NCBI GenBank assembly: GCA_963751345.1
Contig: CAVVUS010000030.1
Coordinates: 364,730 to 428,729 of the forward strand
Reading direction: 5' to 3'
Length of the DNA: 64,000 bases
Source of the DNA: an uncultured Chloroflexia bacterium
GTDB taxonomy: Bacteria > Chloroflexota > Anaerolineae > B4-G1 > SLSP01
The notes below the pieces were generated by a model. That model was not told the DNA's origin, made no database searches, and saw only the letters and a program-made list of their open reading frames with translations. Positions 41,533 through 49,794 of this stretch are shown here, in pieces. The position numbers were made by a program, and so were the translations under genes. The number at the start of each line of letters is the position of its first letter. Positions within the stretch are counted from its first letter, which is position 1.

Positions 41533-42507
41533 ATGTCTCAAGTATCCGCATCCGATGCCGGTGCCTACCTCCGCGATCTCCTGACGCTTCTCCGGGAGTT
41601 CGAGAAGACCTCTCCCGATCTGGATCTGCGGGCCAGGGTTAAAGCCCTCATTCCTGCCTACGAAACGCTCAAGAACCTCGGTAAATCACTCATTCCGCAC
41701 GGACTGGCGATGGCCGCCCGAGACCGTATCCTCCACTACTTCCTCGCCTACCCCTGTACCGTCATACCCCGCGAGGAACTTGAGATTGTCGCGGGCATTA
41801 CCGAATGGGCCCGTCGCGTCCGCGAGCTGCGCGTCGAGCACGGTTGGCATATCGTCAGTGGTAAGGCTGCACAGCAGATGCAGTCGGAGGGCGAGTTCAC
41901 GCTTGAGGACGTTGACGTCGGCGCGATGCGACCTGATGACTACATACTCACGAGCACCGTCCAGGACAAGAAAGCCGCCTACCGATGGAACGTAGCCAAC
42001 GACATCCGCAGAAGCGATCTCAGTGTCCGTGATCGGCTGCTGGAATACCTGCGCCGCAACGTAGGAGAGCCGGTATCCGGTGAGGAACTCCGCTACGTCG
42101 CTCGCCAAGCTACCGAGTGGGCTCGCCGCGTCCGTGAACTCAGAACCGAACACGGCTGGCCGATAGCCACTCGGTTCTCAGGCAGGCCCGACCTCTCTGT
42201 CGGCGAATACGTCCTGGAGGAGGACCGCCAAAGCCCCGAGCACGACCGACGCATCAGTGACGACACTCGAGGTCAAGTCCTCAGACGCGATCAATACATC
42301 TGCAGACGGTGCGGTTGGGATCATAGTCAGTGGAATCGCTCGGATCCGCGGCACCTCGAACTCCACCACATTATCCACCACGAAGCCGGCGGCAGCAATG
42401 AAGCTGACAACCTGATCACGCTGTGCACTGTCTGTCACGATACCTGGCACGGCCATGACGCAGATAACCCGCCCCCCGACTTCTACGTGTGGCTGGATAC
42501 CGCCTAG
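41533..42507 (+). CDS. HNH endonuclease with two tandem winged-helix repeats, probable cognate restriction enzyme
   Basis: EWARRVRELR.EHGW twice; CRRC...LELHHI...N..DNLITLCTVCH. Confidence 0.8.
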   Translation: MSQVSASDAGAYLRDLLTLLREFEKTSPDLDLRARVKALIPAYETLKNLGKSLIPHGLAMAARDRILHYFLAYPCTVIPREELEIVAGITEWARRVRELRVEHGWHIVSGKAAQQMQSEGEFTLEDVDVGAMRPDDYILTSTVQDKKAAYRWNVANDIRRSDLSVRDRLLEYLRRNVGEPVSGEELRYVARQATEWARRVRELRTEHGWPIATRFSGRPDLSVGEYVLEEDRQSPEHDRRISDDTRGQVLRRDQYICRRCGWDHSQWNRSDPRHLELHHIIHHEAGGSNEADNLITLCTVCHDTWHGHDADNPPPDFYVWLDTA

Positions 42508-42581
42508 CTTCGCATCTGAGCCCGGTGGCCCAGCTGCAATCTCAATCGGTCGTCGGTGAGAAGCACCTGCACAGCAGGCAC

Positions 42582-44384
42582 TCACCGCACCACCAACGGC
42601 AGGTAGACGTGCTCGTTGAGGACCAGCGGGAACCCGCACGACGCGCCATCGCAGCTCAGGCTAAGATTGTACGCGCCGATCTTGTCGGCGCCGTGGGTGC
42701 CGGCCAGCAGCGTGTAGGTGCCGCTGAAGGGCAGGGTGCACCCAGCGAACTCTGCCTTGCCGCTCATATAGCTGCTGCTGGACCCATATGCCTCACACAG
42801 TTTGACGCCGTCCGTCCCGTAGAGCCGGATGTGCGGATCGATCACGTTGACGGCACAGGTCATTCGAGCCGTCACCACGTCGCCTGAAGCTGCCCGGAAC
42901 GTGTAGGCATCCCATTCGCCTGCCGGGCTGATCGTCGCCTGGATGGGCACTCCGAACTGCAGCGGCACTCCGCTCGGCGCAGGATCGACCCGTTGGAGAT
43001 GCAGATCATAGGTGCCATAGGTCATACGAGAGGAACTGGGATAGGTGCCGACGAACGCCACGTAGGTCTGGTCGGACGGTAGGATGCAGTGGACGTAAGG
43101 CGCGTCGGTAAGGTACTGCGTATAGGCATAGTCCTGACAGATCAACGTCCCGGTCCCACTGTAGACACGCAGCTCCGGATCAAAGCTGTGATCCGGCACC
43201 CCCACCTGGCCAACGAGGACCTCGCCTGTCTTGCCTTCGAACGTGTAGGCGTCAAGCTGGGCCGCGTGACTCGTCGCCTTCACTTTGGTCTCGCCATAGG
43301 CCAAGGGAGACGCGCCAACGGGATTCGTCGGCCGCACCAGGTAGAGGTCGTAGTTCCCCACGTCGCTCCCACCATAGTCGCTGACTAATAGCGTCTGCGT
43401 GCCTTGCGTCACCAACGTACAGCCCGGAATGTCCGCGATAATATCGTAGCTGTAGTCGGTGCAGATCTGTGTGCCGTTAGGGCCATAGACGCGGAGTTGA
43501 GGATCTAGTCCACCGGCTGAGGTGGGGGCAGCGCGAATCACCAGCACGTCTCCCGCGTTGCCGGTGAACGTGTAGGCATCCAACTCGGCTGCAGCTGCCA
43601 CCGTCTCCGATCGTGTCTGAGCGTCGGGCAACGCATCTCCGCCCAGGGGGTTGTTCAGCCGCTGCACGTGCAGGTTGTAGACGCCCACGTGGGTGCCGAG
43701 GTTATCGCCTACCAACAGCGTGTGAGGGCCATCTGTCAACAGGGTGCAGGTGTCGATGAAGACCGGGGAGTACGTGCTGCTGTTCTGGCAGAGAAGCGTG
43801 CCCGTGGGGTCGTAGACACGGATCTTGGGAGAGACCGTCCCGCTGGTCGTGGTTGCCTGGACAACCAGGTGATCGCCGGTGTTCCCGCCAATAGTCAAGG
43901 TGTTCAGCAACGCGGCTGAGGTCAGGGAGCCCGACTGCGTGCGGCCATACGCAAACGACGTGGTATTGCCGGGCGCGTTCAGCCGCTGGATGTAGAGGCC
44001 GTAGGTCCCCGTGTTGACCAGGTTGTGGTCCGTCGCTCGCACGGAGTATGCGCCGGTCGAGGGCATCGTGCACGCGGCGATCTCGGCCGTGTTATAGTAA
44101 TCGTAATCGGCACAGAGCTCTATCCCGCCTTCGTCCACGATGCCCACGTGGGGCTTCAGTGTGCCGGAGATCTTGCTCATGCGCACGAGGATGATGTCGC
44201 CGGCATCGGCAGCAAAGGTGTAACTATCTTCCTCTGCGACGGTGCCGATGGCATCCCGGATGACGGCGCCAAAGGTCAGGTCGGATGCTGAGGAAGCTCG
44301 TGCCCGGGCTCGCAGCGTGATGAGCATGCCTAGGAGGATAACGAATACGATACCAAGACGGCGAACACGAAGGCGAACTGACAC
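42582..44384 (-). CDS. Secreted protein with five PPC-like beta-sandwich repeats and a Chloroflexi C-terminal LPLV motif
   Basis: Signal peptide; repeated D.YTF...GD...DP.LRVY...C...C.L...G.Y; ends HVYLPLVVR. Confidence 0.8.
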   Translation of the reverse strand: MSVRLRVRRLGIVFVILLGMLITLRARARASSASDLTFGAVIRDAIGTVAEEDSYTFAADAGDIILVRMSKISGTLKPHVGIVDEGGIELCADYDYYNTAEIAACTMPSTGAYSVRATDHNLVNTGTYGLYIQRLNAPGNTTSFAYGRTQSGSLTSAALLNTLTIGGNTGDHLVVQATTTSGTVSPKIRVYDPTGTLLCQNSSTYSPVFIDTCTLLTDGPHTLLVGDNLGTHVGVYNLHVQRLNNPLGGDALPDAQTRSETVAAAAELDAYTFTGNAGDVLVIRAAPTSAGGLDPQLRVYGPNGTQICTDYSYDIIADIPGCTLVTQGTQTLLVSDYGGSDVGNYDLYLVRPTNPVGASPLAYGETKVKATSHAAQLDAYTFEGKTGEVLVGQVGVPDHSFDPELRVYSGTGTLICQDYAYTQYLTDAPYVHCILPSDQTYVAFVGTYPSSSRMTYGTYDLHLQRVDPAPSGVPLQFGVPIQATISPAGEWDAYTFRAASGDVVTARMTCAVNVIDPHIRLYGTDGVKLCEAYGSSSSYMSGKAEFAGCTLPFSGTYTLLAGTHGADKIGAYNLSLSCDGASCGFPLVLNEHVYLPLVVR

Positions 44385-44832
44385 GGGAACGGTCTCCTGA
44401 TCAGATGATAGGTGCCCAGGGGCTTTAAGGTATTCCCCGCCCTCAGAAGAGGCACGGGCCTCACGCTAACCTAGTTTAGACCGAGTCTCGGAACGTGCAA
44501 AAGCCAGAAACACAAACCCGGAGAACCGGTCGCAATCGTGCCGAACGTCTGCCACGGTACATCTTGGCATGGGGTCAGGTCAACCGAATACGCCGTGCTG
44601 TGACAGACTGTCATGGCGCTCGCACTGAGCCGGAATGGCTGCGAGCGCCTCAGACGGGGCGCCTCAGACGGCGAAGACGCAGGATATTTCCCTTTCGGCG
44701 TAGTAGCTCCGGAAATGCCGGGCCGGCCCAGACGAAGATCGGGCCACATCCGGAGGCGGGGAGGTGAGGCGCACCAACGCCAGGTGCATCCCACCGGGCC
44801 ACGTGCGCTGGCTAGGACAGGTTGGTTCGCGC

Positions 44833-44861
44833 CAGCGGCCCAGGAGTAGTTCATGTCGGCC
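44833..44861 (-). repeat. Short copy of the nifJ 3' end
   Basis: 27/29 nt identical to 49806-49834; encodes ADMNYSWAA versus ADMDYTWAA. Confidence 0.75.
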
Positions 44862-44994
44862 GTTTGGCGGCGACTCGACGACGGGGAACTGTAGCAGCAG
44901 AGTCAGGCAGGCGCGAACTCGCGGACATGGAGAATCTCGGTGCGGCCGATGGGACGGACGTCGTCGGGGAAAGCGCCTGTTGTGCTGCGCCCGA

Positions 44995-45330
44995 CTATGC
45001 CTGCCGCGGGCTTGCTTCTGACTTCGTATAGATCACGGTCGCGGTGCTGAGCACCTCGCGGCGGAGCAGCCAGTTGCGGCTTTGCTCGACGCCGCGGCGG
45101 GTGACGAGGTCGACGTCGCGGTGGAGGAGTGTGCGGAGCTCCTGCTCCATGGTGACGTGGTCGAGGAGGCTCCAGGCCGCGTCGTCCTCGAAGGTGGCAA
45201 GCAGGTCGATGTCGCTCTCGGCGTCGAAGTCGGGACGCAGCACGGAGCCGAAGACCGCGTGCTGACGCAAGCGTCAGCATCGGCAGAAGCCGGCGATCTC
45301 GACCATCGGGAGCGTCTCCACCGGGCTCAT
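44995..45330 (-). pseudogene. MNT (minimal nucleotidyltransferase) antitoxin with an in-frame TGA at codon 19
   Basis: VFGSVLRPDFDAESDIDLL, DVDLVTR; no HEPN partner seen. Confidence 0.75.
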
Positions 45331-45504
45331 CCTCGTGTGCCTCGCGTGCCAAATGGGTCTGCGTTCGTTCTATACCACCGTCGTCAGTGTACTATGGATT
45401 GGCGAATCGCCCCAAGCGGAGTGACCGGGGGGCCCATGTCAACGTGGTTGCTATGGTCTGCATCGTACGCACTGTGGCTTCGGACGGAGCGTCCAGCAGA
45501 CTGG

Positions 45505-45572
45505 GCGGTGCGCCTCAGACGGCGGTGCGCCTCAGACGGCGGTGCGCCTCAGACGGCGGTGCGCCTCGGACG
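45505..45572 (+). repeat. Tandem repeat, 4 x 17 bp GCGGTGCGCCTCAGACG
   Basis: Direct reading; two related units near 44645. Confidence 0.85.
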
Positions 45573-45839
45573 GCGACCCGACAACCGGCGCCGTAGCGGC
45601 AGGGTCAGGCGGGCGCGAGCTCGCGGACGTGGGCTGCCTCCTGCCATCGCAGCCCAGGAAGCCTCAGGCATCGCGCCACACATAGAAAGAATGGGGAAGA
45701 ATGGAGAATGGGAGAGGAGAAGCACGGGCCGGGGAGGCATCGACAAGTGGTCATCATACTTTCTCCTTGGCTCCGGCTTCATCGGTCTTACAATGAAGCG
45801 CAGTAGAGACACCAGCGATCTGACTGGGGAGGCGGACTA

Positions 45840-46090
45840 TCTGAGCGCACGCTGTCCAGCCTGTTGACGCAGTTGCGCGCGCTCCTGCCCGGGCTGCAAG
45901 CACGCTATGGGGTGCAGTCGCTGGGGGTCTTTGGGTCGTATGTCCGCGGCGACCAGGGCCCCGGCAGCGATCTCGATCTCCTGGTCGCGTTCGACGATCG
46001 CCCTTTGTCCCTGTTCGAGTTTCGTGCGGCTGGAGAACGAGTTGTCCGATGCGCTCGGCGTCAAGGTGGACCTCGTGGAGCGGCGCGCCC
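45840..46090 (+). pseudogene. Decayed duplicate of the MNT gene at 47542
   Basis: Near-identical DNA but the start codon is lost, a frameshift occurs near 46020 and the 3' end is truncated. Confidence 0.75.
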
Positions 46091-46324
46091 GGGGACACGT
46101 CGATCCCGAGGCAACGTCGTTTGACACGTGGCTGGATGCCGTCCACGAGGATCTGGAAGTGCCGGCGGATGAGGTCGAACTGGGGCCGGCTATGGTGCAG
46201 GGGCGGCTGCTGTAAGGTAGAGGCGATTGTAACCCGCACCTTGCCAGTGTCGGCTATAATCGGTTTATCGTTCAGCGCGTTGTAACGCGGCAAACGCATG
46301 TCATATGGAAAGGTAGCAAGCGCT

Positions 46325-46558
46325 ATGAGTATCCTACTCGACCGAATCGAGATCGACCCGGAGATCTGCCATGGAAAGCCCGTCATCCGTGGCTTACGCT
46401 ATCCCGTTGAGAGTATCCTGGAACTGATGAGCGCGGGGATGACGATCGACGAGATCCTCGCTGACTACGAGGATCTTGACCGCGAGGACCTGCTGGCTGT
46501 CTTGGCTTTCGCCGCGCGGTTAAGTCAGGTCAAGCGTATGGAACCCGTCGTCGCGTGA
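46325..46558 (+). CDS. DUF433 family antitoxin
   Basis: RIEIDPEICHGKPVIRGLR...EILADY..L..ED. Confidence 0.9.
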   Translation: MSILLDRIEIDPEICHGKPVIRGLRYPVESILELMSAGMTIDEILADYEDLDREDLLAVLAFAARLSQVKRMEPVVA

Positions 46559-46878
46559 GTTTCCTGATCGACGCTCAACTACCGCGCCGGCTGGCACACC
46601 GTTTGCGTGACGCCGGTCACGACACACTGCATACGCTCGATCTGCCCAAAGGGAACCGTTCCACCGATGCCGAGATATGCGAGATCTCCGCACGCGACCA
46701 GCGCATTGTCATCACGAAGGATGCCGATTTCGTCAACTCGTTCCTCCTGGGTCGCGGACCGTACAAGCTTCTGCTGATCTCAGTGGGCAATATCAGAAAC
46801 GCAGATCTTGAGACGCTCTTCGTGCCACAGATCCCGGCGATCGCCGCCGCCTTTGTTCACATGACTTCGTTGAGCTGA
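46555..46878 (+). CDS. DUF5615 PIN-like toxin (C-terminus may extend to 46908 through a frameshift)
   Basis: FLIDAQLP, TD.EI, VITKDADF, GNIRN. Confidence 0.85.
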   Translation: MSFLIDAQLPRRLAHRLRDAGHDTLHTLDLPKGNRSTDAEICEISARDQRIVITKDADFVNSFLLGRGPYKLLLISVGNIRNADLETLFVPQIPAIAAAFVHMTSLS

Positions 46879-46973
46879 CCCGTACCGCACTTGTCATCCA
46901 CGTGTAGGTGGCAATACGCGGTCCATGCAGTATGAGCTGGGCGGCGGAGTCCGCCGGCGATATCTAGTGTTCA

Positions 46974-47159
46974 ATGCCACGCCTAACCGACCACAGCTTC
47001 TGTCTCTCGTATGGCCCCGGCGACGATCGCCTGCAGGCCTTCTACATCCCTGCACTGGCCAGCAGTGTACGCTACGCCCGGTTGACGGGAATTTTCATCT
47101 TTACAATCGCATCGAGGAGTACATCAGCCAGTAAGAGCTTGACTGCGATACAGTGCTGA
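46974..47159 (+). pseudogene. N-terminal remnant resembling PLD-domain/SF2 helicase proteins
   Basis: SYGPGDDRLQAFYIPAL..SVRYARLTG resembles the FYxPxL...YDRxxGYF start of such helicases. Confidence 0.45.
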
Positions 47160-47187
47160 TGGCTCGAGGCGTCGCTGCCTTGGCACA

Positions 47188-47407
47188 GCAGCGCGCCCGC
47201 CGAAGGGTCTCGGCGGGCGCGCATGGTTCGTGTGCGAAGGTTTGTCTGCGAACGCTTAGTCCGCGGCAGCGGCCCAGCTGTAGTCCATGTCGTATATCTG
47301 CTTGTACTGGTTCCAACGGGCCTTGGCGTCCGCGCGCACGGGGTTCAGCAGGACCGCAGCCCGCTCGGGCTGGGACTGCAGGAGCGTGCGGAAGCGGATC
47401 TCGTTGT
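47188..47407 (-). repeat. Duplicate of the nifJ 3' end plus its downstream hairpin
   Basis: 47244-47407 matches 49783-49946 with 8 mismatches in 164 nt by manual alignment; CGCGCCCGCCG hairpin also shared. Confidence 0.92.
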
Positions 47408-47541
47408 TATGGAGAAGAGAAGAATGGAGAATAGGAGAGGCGGTACGAACAGGCGACCATCCTACCGCCTCCTTGTCTCCGGCTTCATCGGTCCCACAAT
47501 GAGGAGCAGTCGAGGCACCAGTGCCTCACTGAGGAGGGGAT

Positions 47542-47844
47542 ATGTCTGAGAGCACGCTGTCCAGCCTGTTGACGCAGTTGCGCGCGCTCCTGCCCGGGCT
47601 TGAAGCACGCTATGGGGTTCAGTCGCTGGGGGTCTTTGGTTCTTACGTCCGCGGGGACCAAAGCCCCGGCAGCGATCTCGATCTCCTGGTCGCGTTCGAC
47701 GATCGCCCTCTGTCGCTGTTCGATTTCGTGCAGCTGGAGAACGAGTTGTCCGATGCACTCGGCATCAAGGTGGACCTCGTGGAGCGGCGCGCCCTCAAGC
47801 CTCATATCCGCCAGCGAATCCTGGATGAGGTGATTGCGGTATGA
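47542..47844 (+). CDS. MNT family nucleotidyltransferase antitoxin
   Basis: GVFGSYVRGDQ...SDLDLLV, KVDLV. Confidence 0.9.
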   Translation: MSESTLSSLLTQLRALLPGLEARYGVQSLGVFGSYVRGDQSPGSDLDLLVAFDDRPLSLFDFVQLENELSDALGIKVDLVERRALKPHIRQRILDEVIAV

Positions 47845-47978
47845 CGTCTCAGCCCACGTGCACCTGCATCGACTACCTGCGCGACATCCTCGATGCGGCA
47901 GAAAGCGCACAGAAGTTCGTGTGTGGATGTGAATTGCTGGACAACAGGCTGTCGGTCAACACCGTCTCAGCGGAATAG
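47841..47978 (+). pseudogene. Truncated HEPN/DUF86 toxin
   Basis: ATGA overlap with MNT; DYLRDILDAAESAQKFV N-terminus only, no RxxxxH. Confidence 0.6.
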
Positions 47979-48245
47979 ATCCGCATGTGAACCTGTACGT
48001 TCGAAGATGACAACTTCGTCATCCTCTCCTTCGAGCTTATAGATCAAGAGCCAGTCGGGCTCCAGATGACAATCTCGCCGGCCCACATAGAGGCCAAACA
48101 ATGGATGGTCCCGATACGCTGGATCCAAGGATTCACCCTCAATCAGGGCGTCCATCACGGTCCACAGCTTGTCTATGTCCTTGTGACGCCTCTTCATCAG
48201 CTTGATGTCGCGTTTGAATTGGGTGGTGGTTACCGGCTCGCGCAT
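47967..48245 (-). CDS. yafQ: YafQ/RelE family mRNA interferase toxin
   Basis: QFKRD, DHPL.G, RDCHLEPDWLLIY, RTGSHADLF. Confidence 0.92.
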   Translation of the reverse strand: MREPVTTTQFKRDIKLMKRRHKDIDKLWTVMDALIEGESLDPAYRDHPLFGLYVGRRDCHLEPDWLLIYKLEGEDDEVVIFERTGSHADLFR

Positions 48246-48262
48246 CGCCTACCTTTTCTGAC

Positions 48263-48526
48263 TTATCGACCCAGATCCCGGTACATCTCCTCGACAGTCT
48301 CGTAGTGGTGCAGATTGCGTCCGGCATCCGTATCCTTGAACGTCTGCTCCGTAACCTCGTTCGGGATCTTGACCTCGAAGGGCAGTCCCTTATGCAGAAG
48401 TACCTGCTTGTAGAACAGCGTCACGGCCGTGGTTGTCGATAGGCCCAGCTCGTCGAAGATTTCATCCACCTCTTTCTTGAGCTCAGGCTCTAGCCGTGCC
48501 CTTAGCATCGCATCCTTAGCCATCAT
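48263..48526 (-). CDS. dinJ: RelB/DinJ family antitoxin
   Basis: RARLEPELK...LGLSTTTAV.LF...GLPF...PN. Confidence 0.88.
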   Translation of the reverse strand: MMAKDAMLRARLEPELKKEVDEIFDELGLSTTTAVTLFYKQVLLHKGLPFEVKIPNEVTEQTFKDTDAGRNLHHYETVEEMYRDLGR

Positions 48527-48785
48527 CTACCTCCCCACACACCTCAGTGTGTTTGTGTGCCTGTCCGCACACTGCCACCGCCAAGCTGTCGTGCTAACAC
48601 TCATATTGTACACCGTTTGGGACACAATGCAAGGATACGTAAGGGTGGCGAATCGCCCCGGGGGTAGTGACTGGCCGACGCACGTCAACCCGGTTGCCAT
48701 GATACTCATTCGGGAGTTGCCCGTATACTACATGGCAAGTGGATCTTCCGAGCATGATCTCGCCATCTTTCGAGGAGCTTATTTC

Positions 48786-49658
48786 ATGAAAGCAGATAAC
48801 ACCAAGCGTGAGTTGGGATTTTCGAGCCGCCGTGCGGCCGTGTGGCTGTGGCTGTCGATTGGCGCCGCGCTGTTGGCGGTGGCGGGCAGCGTTATCGCGT
48901 TGTCGGTCAAGGGGATCTACGCCGGGTTGACGCCGGCCTTTTTGCCGCAGGCGCTGGCCCAGGACATCGCGAATCTGGCGATCGTCGCGCCGCTGTGGCT
49001 GGTGCTCGCGGTGCTGGCGCTGCGCGGTTCGTTGCGGGCGTATCTCCTGTGGTTGGGTGTGCTGACGTTCACGATCTACAACTATGTGATCTATACGTTT
49101 TCGATCCCTTTCGGACCGCTGTTTCTACTGTGGGTTGCGGTCTTCGGGATGTCGATCTATTCGCTGATCGGCGGGGTCACGGCGGTGAATCACAAGGTTG
49201 TGGCGGCGTCTTTCTCAAGCCGGCGTGCGGTTCAGGTTGTGGCCTGGTTTCTGATCATCACGGCGGTGCTCTTCGGTTTTCTCTGGCTGTCCGAGGATGT
49301 GCCGGCGCTCTTATCGGGCACGAGACCTCAGAGTGTCGTGGATATGAGCCTGCCGACAAATCCCGTGCATATCTTGGACCTGGGGTTCTTTTTGCCGGCG
49401 GTGATCGCCACCGGCGTGATGCTCATCAGGGGAAGGGCGCTGGGGTACACGCTGGCCCCCGCTTTTATCGTCTTCCTGATCTTGACGGGGATCCCGATCT
49501 TGATCACGCCCGTGGTGCAATCGGTACGCGGCGAGGCTGCGGCGTGGGGCGTGGTGGGGCCGATCGGGACGCTGACGGTGGTGCTGTTGGGGTTGTTGGT
49601 TTGGGTGGTGGGGACGATACGGCCCAGGGGGAAGGCGGCTGACAAAAGGCGGGGGTGA
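48786..49658 (+). CDS. Hypothetical multi-pass membrane protein
   Basis: GAGGAG RBS; about 8 TM helices, AQD, NPVHILDLGF. Confidence 0.75.
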   Translation: MKADNTKRELGFSSRRAAVWLWLSIGAALLAVAGSVIALSVKGIYAGLTPAFLPQALAQDIANLAIVAPLWLVLAVLALRGSLRAYLLWLGVLTFTIYNYVIYTFSIPFGPLFLLWVAVFGMSIYSLIGGVTAVNHKVVAASFSSRRAVQVVAWFLIITAVLFGFLWLSEDVPALLSGTRPQSVVDMSLPTNPVHILDLGFFLPAVIATGVMLIRGRALGYTLAPAFIVFLILTGIPILITPVVQSVRGEAAAWGVVGPIGTLTVVLLGLLVWVVGTIRPRGKAADKRRG

Positions 49659-49727
49659 TCGCCCACCAAGTGCCGGGGACCTCGCGCCGATCGGAATCGG
49701 CGCCAAGGCTCCCCGGCACTGTAGATA

Positions 49728-49763
49728 GCAACGCGCCCGCCGGGATCCCGGCGGGCGCGTTTG
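49728..49763 (-). terminator. GC-rich hairpin downstream of nifJ
   Basis: AACGCGCCCGCCGGG-AT-CCCGGCGGGCGCGTT. Confidence 0.6.
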
Positions 49764-49794
49764 TGTTCTGTAGGAAACGTTCGTCTGCGAACGC

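Noticed and set aside
45274-45276. In-frame TGA as selenocysteine or recoding in the MNT gene
   Set aside because: It falls where Trp is typical, the partner toxin is missing and TGA is a normal stop elsewhere in the window; a nonsense mutation is simpler.
45505-45572. Possible CRISPR array
   Set aside because: The 17-bp units are directly adjacent with no spacers, and no cas genes are in the window.
33930-49700. Classical integron cassette array
   Set aside because: No integron integrase and no convincing RYYYAAC...GTTRRRY attC sites by eye; an IntegronFinder run would settle it.
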